A stretch of DNA of 64,000 nucleotides from the NCBI GenBank assembly GCA_965228735.1, contig OZ245838.1:2592001-2656000 (forward strand), written 5' to 3'. Positions 28,629-38,094 of the stretch are shown here, in pieces. Within the stretch, counting starts at the first letter, position 1. Each line of letters starts with the position of its first letter. Position numbers and translations under genes: made by a program. The notes beneath the pieces are model-generated. The model made no database searches. It saw nothing but the letters and a program-made list of their open reading frames with translations, and was not told where the DNA came from. This DNA comes from Planctomycetota bacterium (lineage in GTDB: Bacteria > Planctomycetota > UBA1135 > UBA2386).

Positions 28629-29226
28629 CGGCCTGCTCCTCGCCTTCGCCGGCCGTCGCCTCACCAGCGTCACCGGCGTCGCCGGCGTCACCGCGCTGCT
28701 GGCGCTCGCGCAGCTCGATGCCGCGGATCTCGACGCGCTCCGTCGGCAGCGACTTCTCGCCGCCCGGACCGTACTCACATTCGATGCTCGCGATCTCGTC
28801 GAGCACGTCGAGCCCGTCCTCGACCTTGCCGAACACGGTGTACTGCCCGTCGAGGAAATCGGCGTGCTCGCTGTGCACGATGAAGAACTGCGACCCTGCG
28901 CTGTTGGGATCCTGGGCGCGCGCCATCGACAGGATGCCGCGGGTGTGCGGGACGTCGTTGAACTCGGCCTCGATGTTGTAGCCCGGGCCGCCCGTGCCGG
29001 GCGCGCCGGACGCCCCCGCCTTGCTGTTGGGGCAGCCGGTCTGGATCATGAAGTTGCGCACGATCCGGTGCACGGCGACGCCGTCGTAGAAGCCGTCCTG
29101 CGCGAGCTTGAGAAAGCTGCTGACGTGCTTGGGGGCGTGCTCGGGGAAGAACGTGACCACCATCGTGCCCTTGTCCGTGACGAGGGCGGCTTCGATCGTG
29201 GCGGGGTCGGTCGTATCGAGGTCCAT
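28621..29226 (-). CDS. Cyclophilin-type peptidyl-prolyl isomerase (cytoplasmic)
   Basis: APKHV..F..LA..GFYDG, HRIV.NFMIQTG, LSMARA.DPNSAGSQFFI, LDGQYTVFG. Confidence 0.95.
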   Translation of the reverse strand: MDLDTTDPATIEAALVTDKGTMVVTFFPEHAPKHVSSFLKLAQDGFYDGVAVHRIVRNFMIQTGCPNSKAGASGAPGTGGPGYNIEAEFNDVPHTRGILSMARAQDPNSAGSQFFIVHSEHADFLDGQYTVFGKVEDGLDVLDEIASIECEYGPGGEKSLPTERVEIRGIELRERQQRGDAGDAGDAGEATAGEGEEQAGE

Positions 29227-29344
29227 CGCGAGGCATCGTCCAGCCCGACGCGCCGCTATCAATCCGCGAGTGCCGTTTTCTGCCCGTTCGGAGCGTGGCG
29301 CTTGCCGCCACCGGACTGCGTGGAGGCTGGCCCTCTCAGCTCAT

Positions 29345-30340
29345 CTACTTGCGCACGGGCAGGATGACGACCGCGTGCAGGATGACGGGCTCGATCGGCG
29401 TCTCGTTCTTGCGGCCCGAGCACGGCGTCGTCGCGATGCTGTCGAGCGTGTCCGCGCCGGCCTCGAGGTGGCCGAACGCCGAGTACTGGCCGTTCAGCTG
29501 CGGCGAGTCGCGGTGCATGATGAAGAACTGCGAACCCGCCGAGTTCGGATCGTTGCTGCTCCGGGCCATCGACAGCACGCCGCGGACGTGGCGCAGATCG
29601 GAGAACTCGGCATCGACCTTGTAGCCCGGGTTCCCAAACCCCCACTCGGCGCGTTTGCCGTCGTCCTTGGTGTGCGGGCAGCCGCCCTGGATCATGAACC
29701 CACGCTTCACGCGGTGGAACTTGGTGCCGTCGTAGAACCCCTTCTGCGCGAGCGAGAGGAAGTTGCGGACGTGGTTCGGCGCCTTGTCCGGACGGAAGGA
29801 CAACGTCATCTCGCCGTGGTTCGTGAGCAGCACGACCTTCGTCTTGCCGTGATCGAGGTCGTCGATGTCGGTCCTGCTCACGTCGGGCGCGACCTTGAAC
29901 ACGCAATTGGCGCCGAACACCCCCGGCCACTTGACGCCGACGTTGGCGAAGTCGGTCTCGCTCGGGTTCGGCACGAAGCGCTGGACCGGCAGCTCGAGCC
30001 GGCGCTCGATCCGCGTGCCCGCGACGAGATCGACGGTGCCGTCCTTGCCGGCCTCGCGAATCGCCCGGTCATCGCGGCCTGCGACCGAGACGTCGAGCTC
30101 GACACCCGTGAGCAGCGAGAGCGGCAGCCGCGCCGGCCCGTCGACGATGATCGTGAGCACGAGCTCGACGTTCCCGGTCGCCGAAACGACGCTCTGCGGC
30201 GTCGTCAGCACGGCCGAGTATCCGGTCTGCATCGCTGCCGGCTGCCGGGCCGCCGGCTCCTGGGCCGCCAGATTCGAGAGGAGCGGGGACGCCGCCAGCG
30301 CGGCAACGCCGGCGAGAACGATGGAACGGAGTGGGGTCAT
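29345..30340 (-). CDS. Exported cyclophilin-type PPIase with an N-terminal extra domain
   Basis: Signal peptide; FHRVKRGFMIQGG, LSMARS..DPNSAGSQFFI, LNGQYSAFG. Confidence 0.93.
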   Translation of the reverse strand: MTPLRSIVLAGVAALAASPLLSNLAAQEPAARQPAAMQTGYSAVLTTPQSVVSATGNVELVLTIIVDGPARLPLSLLTGVELDVSVAGRDDRAIREAGKDGTVDLVAGTRIERRLELPVQRFVPNPSETDFANVGVKWPGVFGANCVFKVAPDVSRTDIDDLDHGKTKVVLLTNHGEMTLSFRPDKAPNHVRNFLSLAQKGFYDGTKFHRVKRGFMIQGGCPHTKDDGKRAEWGFGNPGYKVDAEFSDLRHVRGVLSMARSSNDPNSAGSQFFIMHRDSPQLNGQYSAFGHLEAGADTLDSIATTPCSGRKNETPIEPVILHAVVILPVRK

Positions 30341-30461
30341 GGGAACTCGGTCGCGCAGCTGGCGGGGACCACTGGCTCGGGCCTTCATAGCGTCCGAAGG
30401 ACGGTCGGGTAACGCCAAGCCTCCCCGTTCCTGATTCCCCCGCCGCGACAGACCACCACGA

Positions 30462-30899
30462 TCATGCATCGACGTCGACGAACCGCGGCCGGGCGCGCGG
30501 ATCGAGCAGATCGCCGATCCGCCCCTGCCGCACGCGTTCGAGGATCAGATCCGGTCCGAACCACAGAGCACAGCCGGGGCGTTCGCTCGCCGTGAGGTCG
30601 AGCTCGAACTCGGCGTTCGCGAAGTCGGTCACCGGCAAGCTCACGTCGAGCGACCAGTCATCGGTGTCCTGCCAGGTCCACAGGAGCACCATCCCGTCGA
30701 TGCGGTACTCGAACACGTGGACCGGCGCGCCGAGATGCGACAGGCACTGCCCGAGGTCGTCGACGCCGGGGCGCAGCGCTTCGATCCGCTCGCGCTCCAG
30801 CGGCTCGTTCTCGCGGAAGCGCAGGTAGCCGACGCAGCTCGGCAGCAGCGCGAGGCCGACAGCCGCGATCCCGCGACCCAGCCACCGATCGGATCTCAT
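30462..30899 (-). CDS. BamE/SmpA-like lipoprotein (divergent paralog)
   Basis: Lipobox LLPSC; NEPL...I..LRPG......LGAP shared with the neighbouring gene. Confidence 0.65.
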   Translation of the reverse strand: MRSDRWLGRGIAAVGLALLPSCVGYLRFRENEPLERERIEALRPGVDDLGQCLSHLGAPVHVFEYRIDGMVLLWTWQDTDDWSLDVSLPVTDFANAEFELDLTASERPGCALWFGPDLILERVRQGRIGDLLDPRARPRFVDVDA

Positions 30900-31336
30900 T
30901 GCCCGGAGACCCCGGGCCGCCCCGCGTCGCGGGCGGCGTTGTCCGCCGGCTCGTGCACGTCCTCCCACGGCAATGCGTACTGGGTCCGATGCACCCCGTA
31001 GGTCGCGCCGTAGTGCGTGAGCACGTCGTTCTGGTCGAAGAACACCCAGACGCGGTCCTGGCGACTGTCCTGGTTGCCCATGTTGAGCACGACGAGAATC
31101 AGCACCGCGGTCTTGGCCGTCGTGGCGTCATACAGGTAGGCCGACCGCCGGCCGAGCTGCACGACGTTGGTCGGCGCGCCGAGCAGCTCGACGACCTCGC
31201 GCGCCGTCGTCGTGCCGGGCCGGAGCTGGCTCACCCTCTGCGCATCGAGCGGCTCGTTCGTGTCCTGGCGCGCGATGCCGCACGCCGAGAACGGCAACGA
31301 CAGCGCGAGAACGAGAGTCGGGGCGAGGTATCGCAT
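30896..31336 (-). CDS. BamE/SmpA-OmlA family lipoprotein
   Basis: Lipobox FSAC; VSQLRPG.TT..EVV.LLGAP, Y.Y, V.VFFD.N.VL. Confidence 0.75.
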   Translation of the reverse strand: MRYLAPTLVLALSLPFSACGIARQDTNEPLDAQRVSQLRPGTTTAREVVELLGAPTNVVQLGRRSAYLYDATTAKTAVLILVVLNMGNQDSRQDRVWVFFDQNDVLTHYGATYGVHRTQYALPWEDVHEPADNAARDAGRPGVSGQ

Positions 31337-32514
31337 CAGCGTTCGAACTCCATGGCCATGCCCATGCCGCCGCTCATGCACAAGGTCGCGAGACCGCGCT
31401 TGCCGCCGCGCCGCTGCAGCTCGTGCAGCAGCGTGACGACGATGCGCGCGCCGGTCGCGCCGATCGGATGACCGAGCGCGATCGCGCCGCCGTTGACGTT
31501 GAGGCGATCGCGATCGATCGGCAGATCGTGCAGACACGCGAGCATCTGCGCGGCGAACGCCTCGTTGAGCTCCACGAGGTCGTAGTCGTCGAGCGCGCGC
31601 CCGGTCCTCTCGAGCAGGCGCCGCACGGCCGGCACCGGACCGATGCCCATGATGCGCGGCGCGACGCCCGCAGTGGCCGCAGCGCCGAGCCACGCGAGCG
31701 GCTCGAGCCCGCGGCGTTCGCATTCGGCCTCGCTCATGAGCACGACGGCCGCGCCGCCGTCCGTGATGCCCGAGCTGTTGCCCGCGTGCACCGTGCCGTT
31801 CTCCTTGCGGAATACGGGCGGCAACTTCTGCAGGTCCCGCAGCTCGACGCCGGCCCGGATGTGCTCGTCGGTATCGACGACCGTCTCGCCCTTCCTCGTC
31901 TTGATCGTGACGGGGGCGATCTCGTCCCGGAACTTGCCGGCCTGCTGCGCGGCCTCGCCGCGGCGGTGCGACTCGAGCGCGTACTCGTCCTGTTGCAGCC
32001 GGTCGATGCCGTAGTCGTCCACGAGATACTCGGCCGTCATGCCCATCGGCTCGCCCAGGATCGCGCAGGTGAACCCGTCCTGATAGTTGCCGTCCAGCAC
32101 GTCGACATGCCCGAGGCGATAGCCCTGGCGGAAGCCCGGCAGCAGGAACGGGATCGTCGTCATGCTCTCCATGCCGCCGGCGACGACCACGCTCCGGTCG
32201 TCGAGCAGAATCGCGGCGCGCGCGAGATCGATCGCCTTGAGGCTGCTGCCGCAGGCCTTGTTGACGGTCGTCGCGACACAGCCCTCACCGCAACCCGCCG
32301 CGATCGCGACCTGGCGCGCCGGGTTGGGGCCCGACCCGAGCTGGCGCGCCTGCCCCATGTAGCATTCTTCGACAGCCGCGGGCTCGACCCGGGCTCTCGC
32401 GAGCGCAGCGCGGACCGCCGCGGTGCCGAGCTCGACGGCGGAGAGCGGTGAGAGCCCGCCCAGGAACTTGCCGATGGGCGTCCTGGCGGCGGCGACGACA
32501 GCGATCCGACTCAT
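31336..32514 (-). CDS. Acetyl-CoA C-acyltransferase (thiolase)
   Basis: RTPIGKF, NPARQ, TVNKACGSSL, AGGMESM, GNSSGITDG, ELNEAFAAQ, NGGAIALGHPIGATGAR, LCMSGGMG. Confidence 0.97.
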   Translation of the reverse strand: MSRIAVVAAARTPIGKFLGGLSPLSAVELGTAAVRAALARARVEPAAVEECYMGQARQLGSGPNPARQVAIAAGCGEGCVATTVNKACGSSLKAIDLARAAILLDDRSVVVAGGMESMTTIPFLLPGFRQGYRLGHVDVLDGNYQDGFTCAILGEPMGMTAEYLVDDYGIDRLQQDEYALESHRRGEAAQQAGKFRDEIAPVTIKTRKGETVVDTDEHIRAGVELRDLQKLPPVFRKENGTVHAGNSSGITDGGAAVVLMSEAECERRGLEPLAWLGAAATAGVAPRIMGIGPVPAVRRLLERTGRALDDYDLVELNEAFAAQMLACLHDLPIDRDRLNVNGGAIALGHPIGATGARIVVTLLHELQRRGGKRGLATLCMSGGMGMAMEFER

Positions 32515-32618
32515 GTCTGGCCCCTGCATAGCGCGCGGCGCCCACGGCTCCAAGGCATGGGCGGAATCGCACCCGCTTCACCGCGGACCCGCGGCCGGTC
32601 GATAGCAGATATCTGAGA

Positions 32619-33275
32619 ATGTCGAGATCCGACGATCACGAAAGCCCCCGCGACCCGCATGCCGGCGTCGCGACGGGCCAGGACTACCGCGAGGCCCTCG
32701 CGCAGTGGCGCCTCGACGTGCGCACCCAGTGCAAACGCGTCAGTTCGCTGCCGACCACGATGTTCGACGCGACGGATCCGATGCTCGAGATGCGGCTCGC
32801 CGAGGTCACCGAAACGATGCTGCACGAGCTGCGCTCGCCGGACATCCGCCACATGGATCCGGAGATGGAGGAACTCCGGCTCGAACCGATCGACGACACC
32901 GAGCTGCGCCTCCTGCCCGAGCGCTTTCGCAGCCGCGACACCGGCCAGGTCGACCTGCTCTCCCACCTCGCCGACGAGTACCTCGGCATCCTCGCGGACG
33001 CGTGCCAGGACGACGATCCGATGCTGCGCCGGCGGGCGGCGGGCCACCTGACGCACGACTTCGGCGTGACGCCCGCGTTCGTCGACGAGACCATCAGCGA
33101 GATCCGGCAGACGACGATCGCCGCGAACGCCGACGCCGACTGCGAACGTACCGACTACGAGCTCGACGCCGCGCTCACGCAGGTAGCGACCACCCTGCGC
33201 CAGTTCTTCGCGCCAGCCGCGGAGGAGCCGGATCCGGAGCCCGAGCCGGAGCCGGAGCCGGAGCGGGAGCGATGA
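32619..33275 (+). CDS. Hypothetical acidic helical protein with a C-terminal (PE)n tail
   Basis: Coding-like composition; stop overlaps the HD-GYP start (ATGA). Confidence 0.75.
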   Translation: MSRSDDHESPRDPHAGVATGQDYREALAQWRLDVRTQCKRVSSLPTTMFDATDPMLEMRLAEVTETMLHELRSPDIRHMDPEMEELRLEPIDDTELRLLPERFRSRDTGQVDLLSHLADEYLGILADACQDDDPMLRRRAAGHLTHDFGVTPAFVDETISEIRQTTIAANADADCERTDYELDAALTQVATTLRQFFAPAAEEPDPEPEPEPEPERER

Positions 33276-34777
33276 CCGAACGAGTGGATCCCCGGCTCGA
33301 CGCCGTGACGAAGTTCGCGCACGCGTTCGTCGAGGTCGCGCTCAACCGGCAAGTCCACAGTTCGCAGCATCGCTTCGTCGAGGATTCCCTCGATCGGCTC
33401 GTCCGGGCCTTGCGCACTTGCGTCGACGTGGGCGTCGAGATGCCGCTGCCCCTGCAGTTCGACGACCGCGTCATCTTCCACGAAGGCGTGCCGCTCGAGA
33501 GCCCGAGCCTGCAGGCCGGCACGCTGCTGCGCCAGTGCGCCGATCGCGGCATCGCGATGATGACGTTCAAGCCGCACCTCACCGCCGCCGAGGTCAACCG
33601 CGCGTTCGACCTCATCGTCGTCGATCGCAACCGCGACGCCCTGCAACGGCAACACCGCGACCGCGTGCTCGAGGCCTTCGGCATCCGCCACGTCGGCTTC
33701 ACGCTCAACACGCCCGGCGACCCGGGCGACCGCCACGCGGCCTGGCGGGAGGATGCACCGCCGGCAACGGACGCGGGCGCCGTGCACGGCTACCAGGACC
33801 TCGCCGAGGCGCTGCAGCACAACCACGCGCTGGCCTACCAGGACCTCGAGCTCGCAATCGACGAGGCCGCCGGCGTCGTCGAGCGCACGCTCGATACCGC
33901 CGAGGAACCGAGCTCGCTGCTCGCACTCGCGGCGCTCGACGACGTCGACCGCTTCACCGTCGGCCACTCGGTTCGCGTCGCGCTGCTCGCGCTGCAGGTC
34001 GCGCGCGACCTCGGCCTCGACCGCGACCAGCTCGTCAGCATCGGCACGGCCGCGCTGATGCACGACATCGGCAAGTCGAAGGTGCCGCAGGAGATCCTGT
34101 TCAAGTGCGGCCACCTCGACGACGACGAGTGGCGCGAGATGGCGCAGCACCCGCGCCTCGGCGCGCAGCTGCTCATCGAGCAGCAGGCGTCGATCGACCC
34201 GTGCGCGATCGGCGCGGCGTTCTGCCATCACATGGCACCGCACGGCCACGGCTACCCGCAACCGACGCTGCCGATCCTGCCGAGCGGCACGAGCCACCTC
34301 ATCCGCGTCTGCGACGTGTTCGAAGCGCTGACCTCGGTGCGGCCCTACAAGCAGGCGCTGACGCCGTTCGAGGCGTTCGCGGTGATGTACCGCAACGAGG
34401 CGGACTTCGAACCGGATTGGTTGCGCGTCTTCACCCGGGCCATCGGCTTGTTCCCGACCGGCACGCGCGTCACGCTCGACGACGACAGCACCGGCGTCGT
34501 GCTCGCGCAGTCCAGGGATCCGAGCCGGCCGATCGTGCGCCTCCTGACCGGGGCCGCGGGCGGCAACCTCGCGGCGGGCGAACCGGACCGGATCCTCGTC
34601 GGCACCGAGGTCGAGGGCGCGATGCGGCAGATCCGTTCGCTGGCGACCCACGAGCGCATCGTCGACGTGCCGGAGTTCGAGCTCGACTCGCCGCTGACGA
34701 CGCCGCACGCATGCCTGTCCGAGAAGCTGGCCCACGACGCCGGCCAGGCCGGGCACGGCTCGAAGCAGCGCCAGTAG
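33272..34777 (+). CDS. HD-GYP domain cyclic-dinucleotide phosphodiesterase
   Basis: HSVRVA, LMHDIGK, QHP..G, HH, GYP, CDVFEALTS.RPYK, FPTGT.V.L. Confidence 0.93.
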   Translation: MTERVDPRLDAVTKFAHAFVEVALNRQVHSSQHRFVEDSLDRLVRALRTCVDVGVEMPLPLQFDDRVIFHEGVPLESPSLQAGTLLRQCADRGIAMMTFKPHLTAAEVNRAFDLIVVDRNRDALQRQHRDRVLEAFGIRHVGFTLNTPGDPGDRHAAWREDAPPATDAGAVHGYQDLAEALQHNHALAYQDLELAIDEAAGVVERTLDTAEEPSSLLALAALDDVDRFTVGHSVRVALLALQVARDLGLDRDQLVSIGTAALMHDIGKSKVPQEILFKCGHLDDDEWREMAQHPRLGAQLLIEQQASIDPCAIGAAFCHHMAPHGHGYPQPTLPILPSGTSHLIRVCDVFEALTSVRPYKQALTPFEAFAVMYRNEADFEPDWLRVFTRAIGLFPTGTRVTLDDDSTGVVLAQSRDPSRPIVRLLTGAAGGNLAAGEPDRILVGTEVEGAMRQIRSLATHERIVDVPEFELDSPLTTPHACLSEKLAHDAGQAGHGSKQRQ

Positions 34778-34804
34778 GGGCGCCGTTCTGCCGATAGAAG
34801 GGCC

Positions 34805-36289
34805 ATGGCAACGGCTCGGCTTCTGCAATCGCTGGTCCTCTCGTTCTGCGTTGCGGCGGCGTGCGTGCATGCCCAGGCCAAGGCCAAGGAACCGAACGCG
34901 AAGGACCCGCAGGCGACGCAGGATCCACGGCCGTCATCCGACGTGACGCCCCCACCGGCGCGCCCGGCCGGCGAAGTCGCGCGCACGCCGTGGACCGCGG
35001 CCGAAGCGCGGGCCCTCGCGAACGCGCGGCGCCTGCTGCAGAACGCGCGGAACGGCCGCGAGGTGCGCGCGCCGAGCAACGGCCTGCTGATGCCCGGCTA
35101 CCGCGTCGTGCTGTTCACGCGCACCGAAGACGGCAAGGTCGAAGCCACGGGCCGCGCCGAGCTCGCGGACGGCCTCGTCGTGCTCGCCTGGCCCACGCCC
35201 GACAGCGCGTCGAGCCGCGGCATGCTGCTGCATGCCGACGGCACGACGATGGTGTGCGAGATCGACGCGGACTCCGACACCGAGGCGCAGCCCGACATGC
35301 TCGTCGGCCGCGGCTCCGCGGGTCGGTTCGAGGACATCCTGCGCCAACCCGGCACGAGCGCGCACGGCAACTTCTGGTTCTGGCTCGACCAGATCAGCGA
35401 GCGGGTGCAGGTGCGCGTCGTCGACGAACGTGGCGAACCGCGGGCCGGGTGTCACGTCGAGTTCTGCGTCGCCCACGCCATCCCGCGGCTTCGTCGCGGC
35501 GCGCCGTTGCCCGCCGGCCGCTGGCCCGTCGGCGGCGCGGTGACGCGCTCCGACGGCCGCTGCACGGTGGCGGGTCCGATCGCGGCCGAACTCGGGGTCG
35601 CGGTGACCATCGATCACCGCACGTGGATCACCGCGGGACTGCGCGCCGAGCTCGTCGACGACCGGCTCGAGGTCACGGTCAGCGATCGCGCGATCCGGCG
35701 CGCTCGCGCGCCGGCCAACGAGGCGGCCGCGATGGCGACGCTGAAGAACATCGCGTCGGCGCAGGCCCAGTGCCAGGCGTCGCGGGCGATCGACGCCGAC
35801 GAGGACGGCGCCGGCGAGCACGGCTACTTCGCCGAACTCGCGGGCCGAACGGTCGTCCGCGGCCCGGCCGGCACCCGCATCCAGCCCCCGCTGCTCAGCG
35901 CGGCGTTCGCGAACGTGCACGGCTCGGTCGTCACGCGGTCGGGCTACCACTTCTGCATCTACCTGCCGGGCGAGGACGGCATCGGCCTGCCCGAGGCGGC
36001 GACGGGCGGGGCAGCGGACCGCGCCGTCGAGCCCGATCTCGCCGAGATCGCGTGGTGCGCCTACGCGTGGCCGACCAGCAAGGATGCTGGCACCCGCGTG
36101 TTCTTCGTGGACGGGAGCAGCGACGTGCTCGCGGCGGCGAACGCGGACGAGATCGGCGATCCGATTCGCTTCGGCGCGGCGAACCCACCGCCGTTCGACG
36201 CCGCATTCCGGCTCGCTGGTTCGATGTTGGGCAAGCCCGCGACGGACGGCACGAGCGCCGACGGCACGCGCTGGGCGATCGTGCGATAG
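34805..36289 (+). CDS. Secreted protein with pseudopilin-head-like (DUF2950-like) domain(s)
   Basis: Sec-type signal; ANEAAAMATLKNIASAQ...D.D.DG.GE.GYF.EL...SGY.F..Y...AYAWP....G.R.FFVD. Confidence 0.7.
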   Translation: MATARLLQSLVLSFCVAAACVHAQAKAKEPNAKDPQATQDPRPSSDVTPPPARPAGEVARTPWTAAEARALANARRLLQNARNGREVRAPSNGLLMPGYRVVLFTRTEDGKVEATGRAELADGLVVLAWPTPDSASSRGMLLHADGTTMVCEIDADSDTEAQPDMLVGRGSAGRFEDILRQPGTSAHGNFWFWLDQISERVQVRVVDERGEPRAGCHVEFCVAHAIPRLRRGAPLPAGRWPVGGAVTRSDGRCTVAGPIAAELGVAVTIDHRTWITAGLRAELVDDRLEVTVSDRAIRRARAPANEAAAMATLKNIASAQAQCQASRAIDADEDGAGEHGYFAELAGRTVVRGPAGTRIQPPLLSAAFANVHGSVVTRSGYHFCIYLPGEDGIGLPEAATGGAADRAVEPDLAEIAWCAYAWPTSKDAGTRVFFVDGSSDVLAAANADEIGDPIRFGAANPPPFDAAFRLAGSMLGKPATDGTSADGTRWAIVR

Positions 36290-36304
36290 GCGCCGCGATC
36301 TGAC

Positions 36305-37972
36305 TCAGCGACCGAGCCGCCCGAGCCACTGCCGCGCCCGCTCCGCAGTCTGGGTCTGCGAGTAGTTCTCGACGAACTCGAGCAGGCTCTTCTGCAGCTT
36401 CTGGCGCGCCCGCCGCGATCGCGGCACGGAGTACTCCTTCGCGCGCTTCGTGATGCGCGCGTAGGCGTTCATCGCGCGCTTCTCGTCGGCGAACTCCGGG
36501 TCGGCCTCGATCACGTCGAGCACCTTCCTGGCCGCATCGCCGACCTCGTGCCCCGCGAAGCTCGCGGCGATCGCCGTCAGTCGAGTGTGCTGCCGCGTCA
36601 TCAACGGCCAGATCTGCACGATGCGCTCGACGAGCTTCATGCCGTGGACCTCGTGGACGCGCACGTAGAACCGGATCCGGCGTCGCAGTTCGATGTCCGC
36701 CGGCGCCAGCGCGGCCTCGTCGATCTCCGCGAGCTTGCCGATCGCCGCGCCGATCTCGCCGCGGCTCCACAGGTAGTGCACGCGGCGGAACGGTTCGCGA
36801 TCGGGAATCATCGCCTCGAGGTCGCCGTGCGCCCGCCGATACGGGCTCGACAGCATGAGTACGGTAATGGCCGTGGTGTAGACGCGACCGCCGTTCTCGC
36901 CCCAGGCGCCGACCGGATCCCACGAGCCGCGGAACGCGCCGTCGTCGCGTTGCTGGCCCAGCACCGCGGCGTGCAGCGCGGCCATCCACTTGCGCCGGGC
37001 ACTGCGCTCGGGATGCGCGACCATCGCCTCGGTGCCGTGGAACCAGTAGTAGAAGTCGATGGCCGACTCTTCCCAGACCGGCAGCTTGCCGAGCAGCAGC
37101 TCACCGGCCTCGAGGTTGAGCCGGCTCTTCGGCGACAGGCTGCACATCGCGCGGATGTTCATGCCTGCCGCCGTCATGGCCTCGCCGCGCATGACCGGGA
37201 ACTTCTTGCCGTGGTCGCCGGGCTTGCGTGCGGACATCTCGCCGCGGTTGGAATACCCCGAACGCCCGTTCCACATCGTCACGGACTCGAGCCACGTGAG
37301 CACCTCGCCGAGCGCGGCCGGCGGCACCTCGAGCCCGGCGTCGTGGGCGGCGCAGTAGGCCGCCACGCACCACGACGCGATCGACGTGTCGTTGTTGCCG
37401 TCGCGCGGTCGATAGCGCCAGCCGGCCTCGGGGTTGCGATGTGATTCGAGGTACCCGAGCGCCCGCTTGGCTGCCGTCCGGTAGCGGTCGGTGTCGAACA
37501 TCGCCGCGGCCTCGGCGAACGCGACGGTCGCCATCGCCTGTTCGTAGACGAAGTCGCCGATCTGTCGCACGACGAGTCCGGACGCGCGGTTCTGCTGCTT
37601 CACGAGCCAATCGACCGCGCGCCGCACGGGTTCGTCGTGAATCGGGTCCGCCTGCGCCAGGAGCGCCAGAACGGCCAGCGCGGTCACGCCGACATCGTGC
37701 TGCGCGCCGCCCGGACCATCGCACCGCTGGCCTTCGGGGTGCCCGAGCATGAACCCGTCGCAGTCCCAACGCCCGTCGGTCGATTGGTGGTCCAGCAGCC
37801 AATCGATCCCGGCGGTGACCGCGGCCTGGACCTTGCGGTTCTTGAACGCCACGCGGCGCTCGGCGCGTTCGGCGTACGCGGACGAGACCTCCTGCCCCGG
37901 CGCGCTCGCCAGCGGCAGAACGGAGGCGAGGAAACTCGCGAGAGCAATCGCGTCGGCGTGGCTTTGGCGCAT
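36305..37972 (-). CDS. Exported prenyltransferase/squalene-oxidase-repeat (alpha/alpha toroid) protein
   Basis: GIDWL..HQ..DGRW, GVTALA.LALL, AVDWLV..Q, GWRY, DTS, DFYYWF.GT, Q..DG...GSWDP..AWG..GGRVYTTA. Confidence 0.85.
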   Translation of the reverse strand: MRQSHADAIALASFLASVLPLASAPGQEVSSAYAERAERRVAFKNRKVQAAVTAGIDWLLDHQSTDGRWDCDGFMLGHPEGQRCDGPGGAQHDVGVTALAVLALLAQADPIHDEPVRRAVDWLVKQQNRASGLVVRQIGDFVYEQAMATVAFAEAAAMFDTDRYRTAAKRALGYLESHRNPEAGWRYRPRDGNNDTSIASWCVAAYCAAHDAGLEVPPAALGEVLTWLESVTMWNGRSGYSNRGEMSARKPGDHGKKFPVMRGEAMTAAGMNIRAMCSLSPKSRLNLEAGELLLGKLPVWEESAIDFYYWFHGTEAMVAHPERSARRKWMAALHAAVLGQQRDDGAFRGSWDPVGAWGENGGRVYTTAITVLMLSSPYRRAHGDLEAMIPDREPFRRVHYLWSRGEIGAAIGKLAEIDEAALAPADIELRRRIRFYVRVHEVHGMKLVERIVQIWPLMTRQHTRLTAIAASFAGHEVGDAARKVLDVIEADPEFADEKRAMNAYARITKRAKEYSVPRSRRARQKLQKSLLEFVENYSQTQTAERARQWLGRLGR

Positions 37973-38094
37973 GGTTCTCCTACGCCTGCAAACCTAGCGA
38001 ACGTCGGGCCCGGACGGAACCGCCGCGGAGCGCTCCGAATCGCGGCCTTCGACGTTGACCCAACCGCCCGCGGCGCGCACGCTTCGGTGGATCG

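Noticed and set aside
36305..37972. Squalene-hopene cyclase or terpene biosynthesis gene
   Set aside because: Single toroid domain with a signal-like N-terminus and no DxDD catalytic motif; fits the generic prenyltransferase-repeat proteins.
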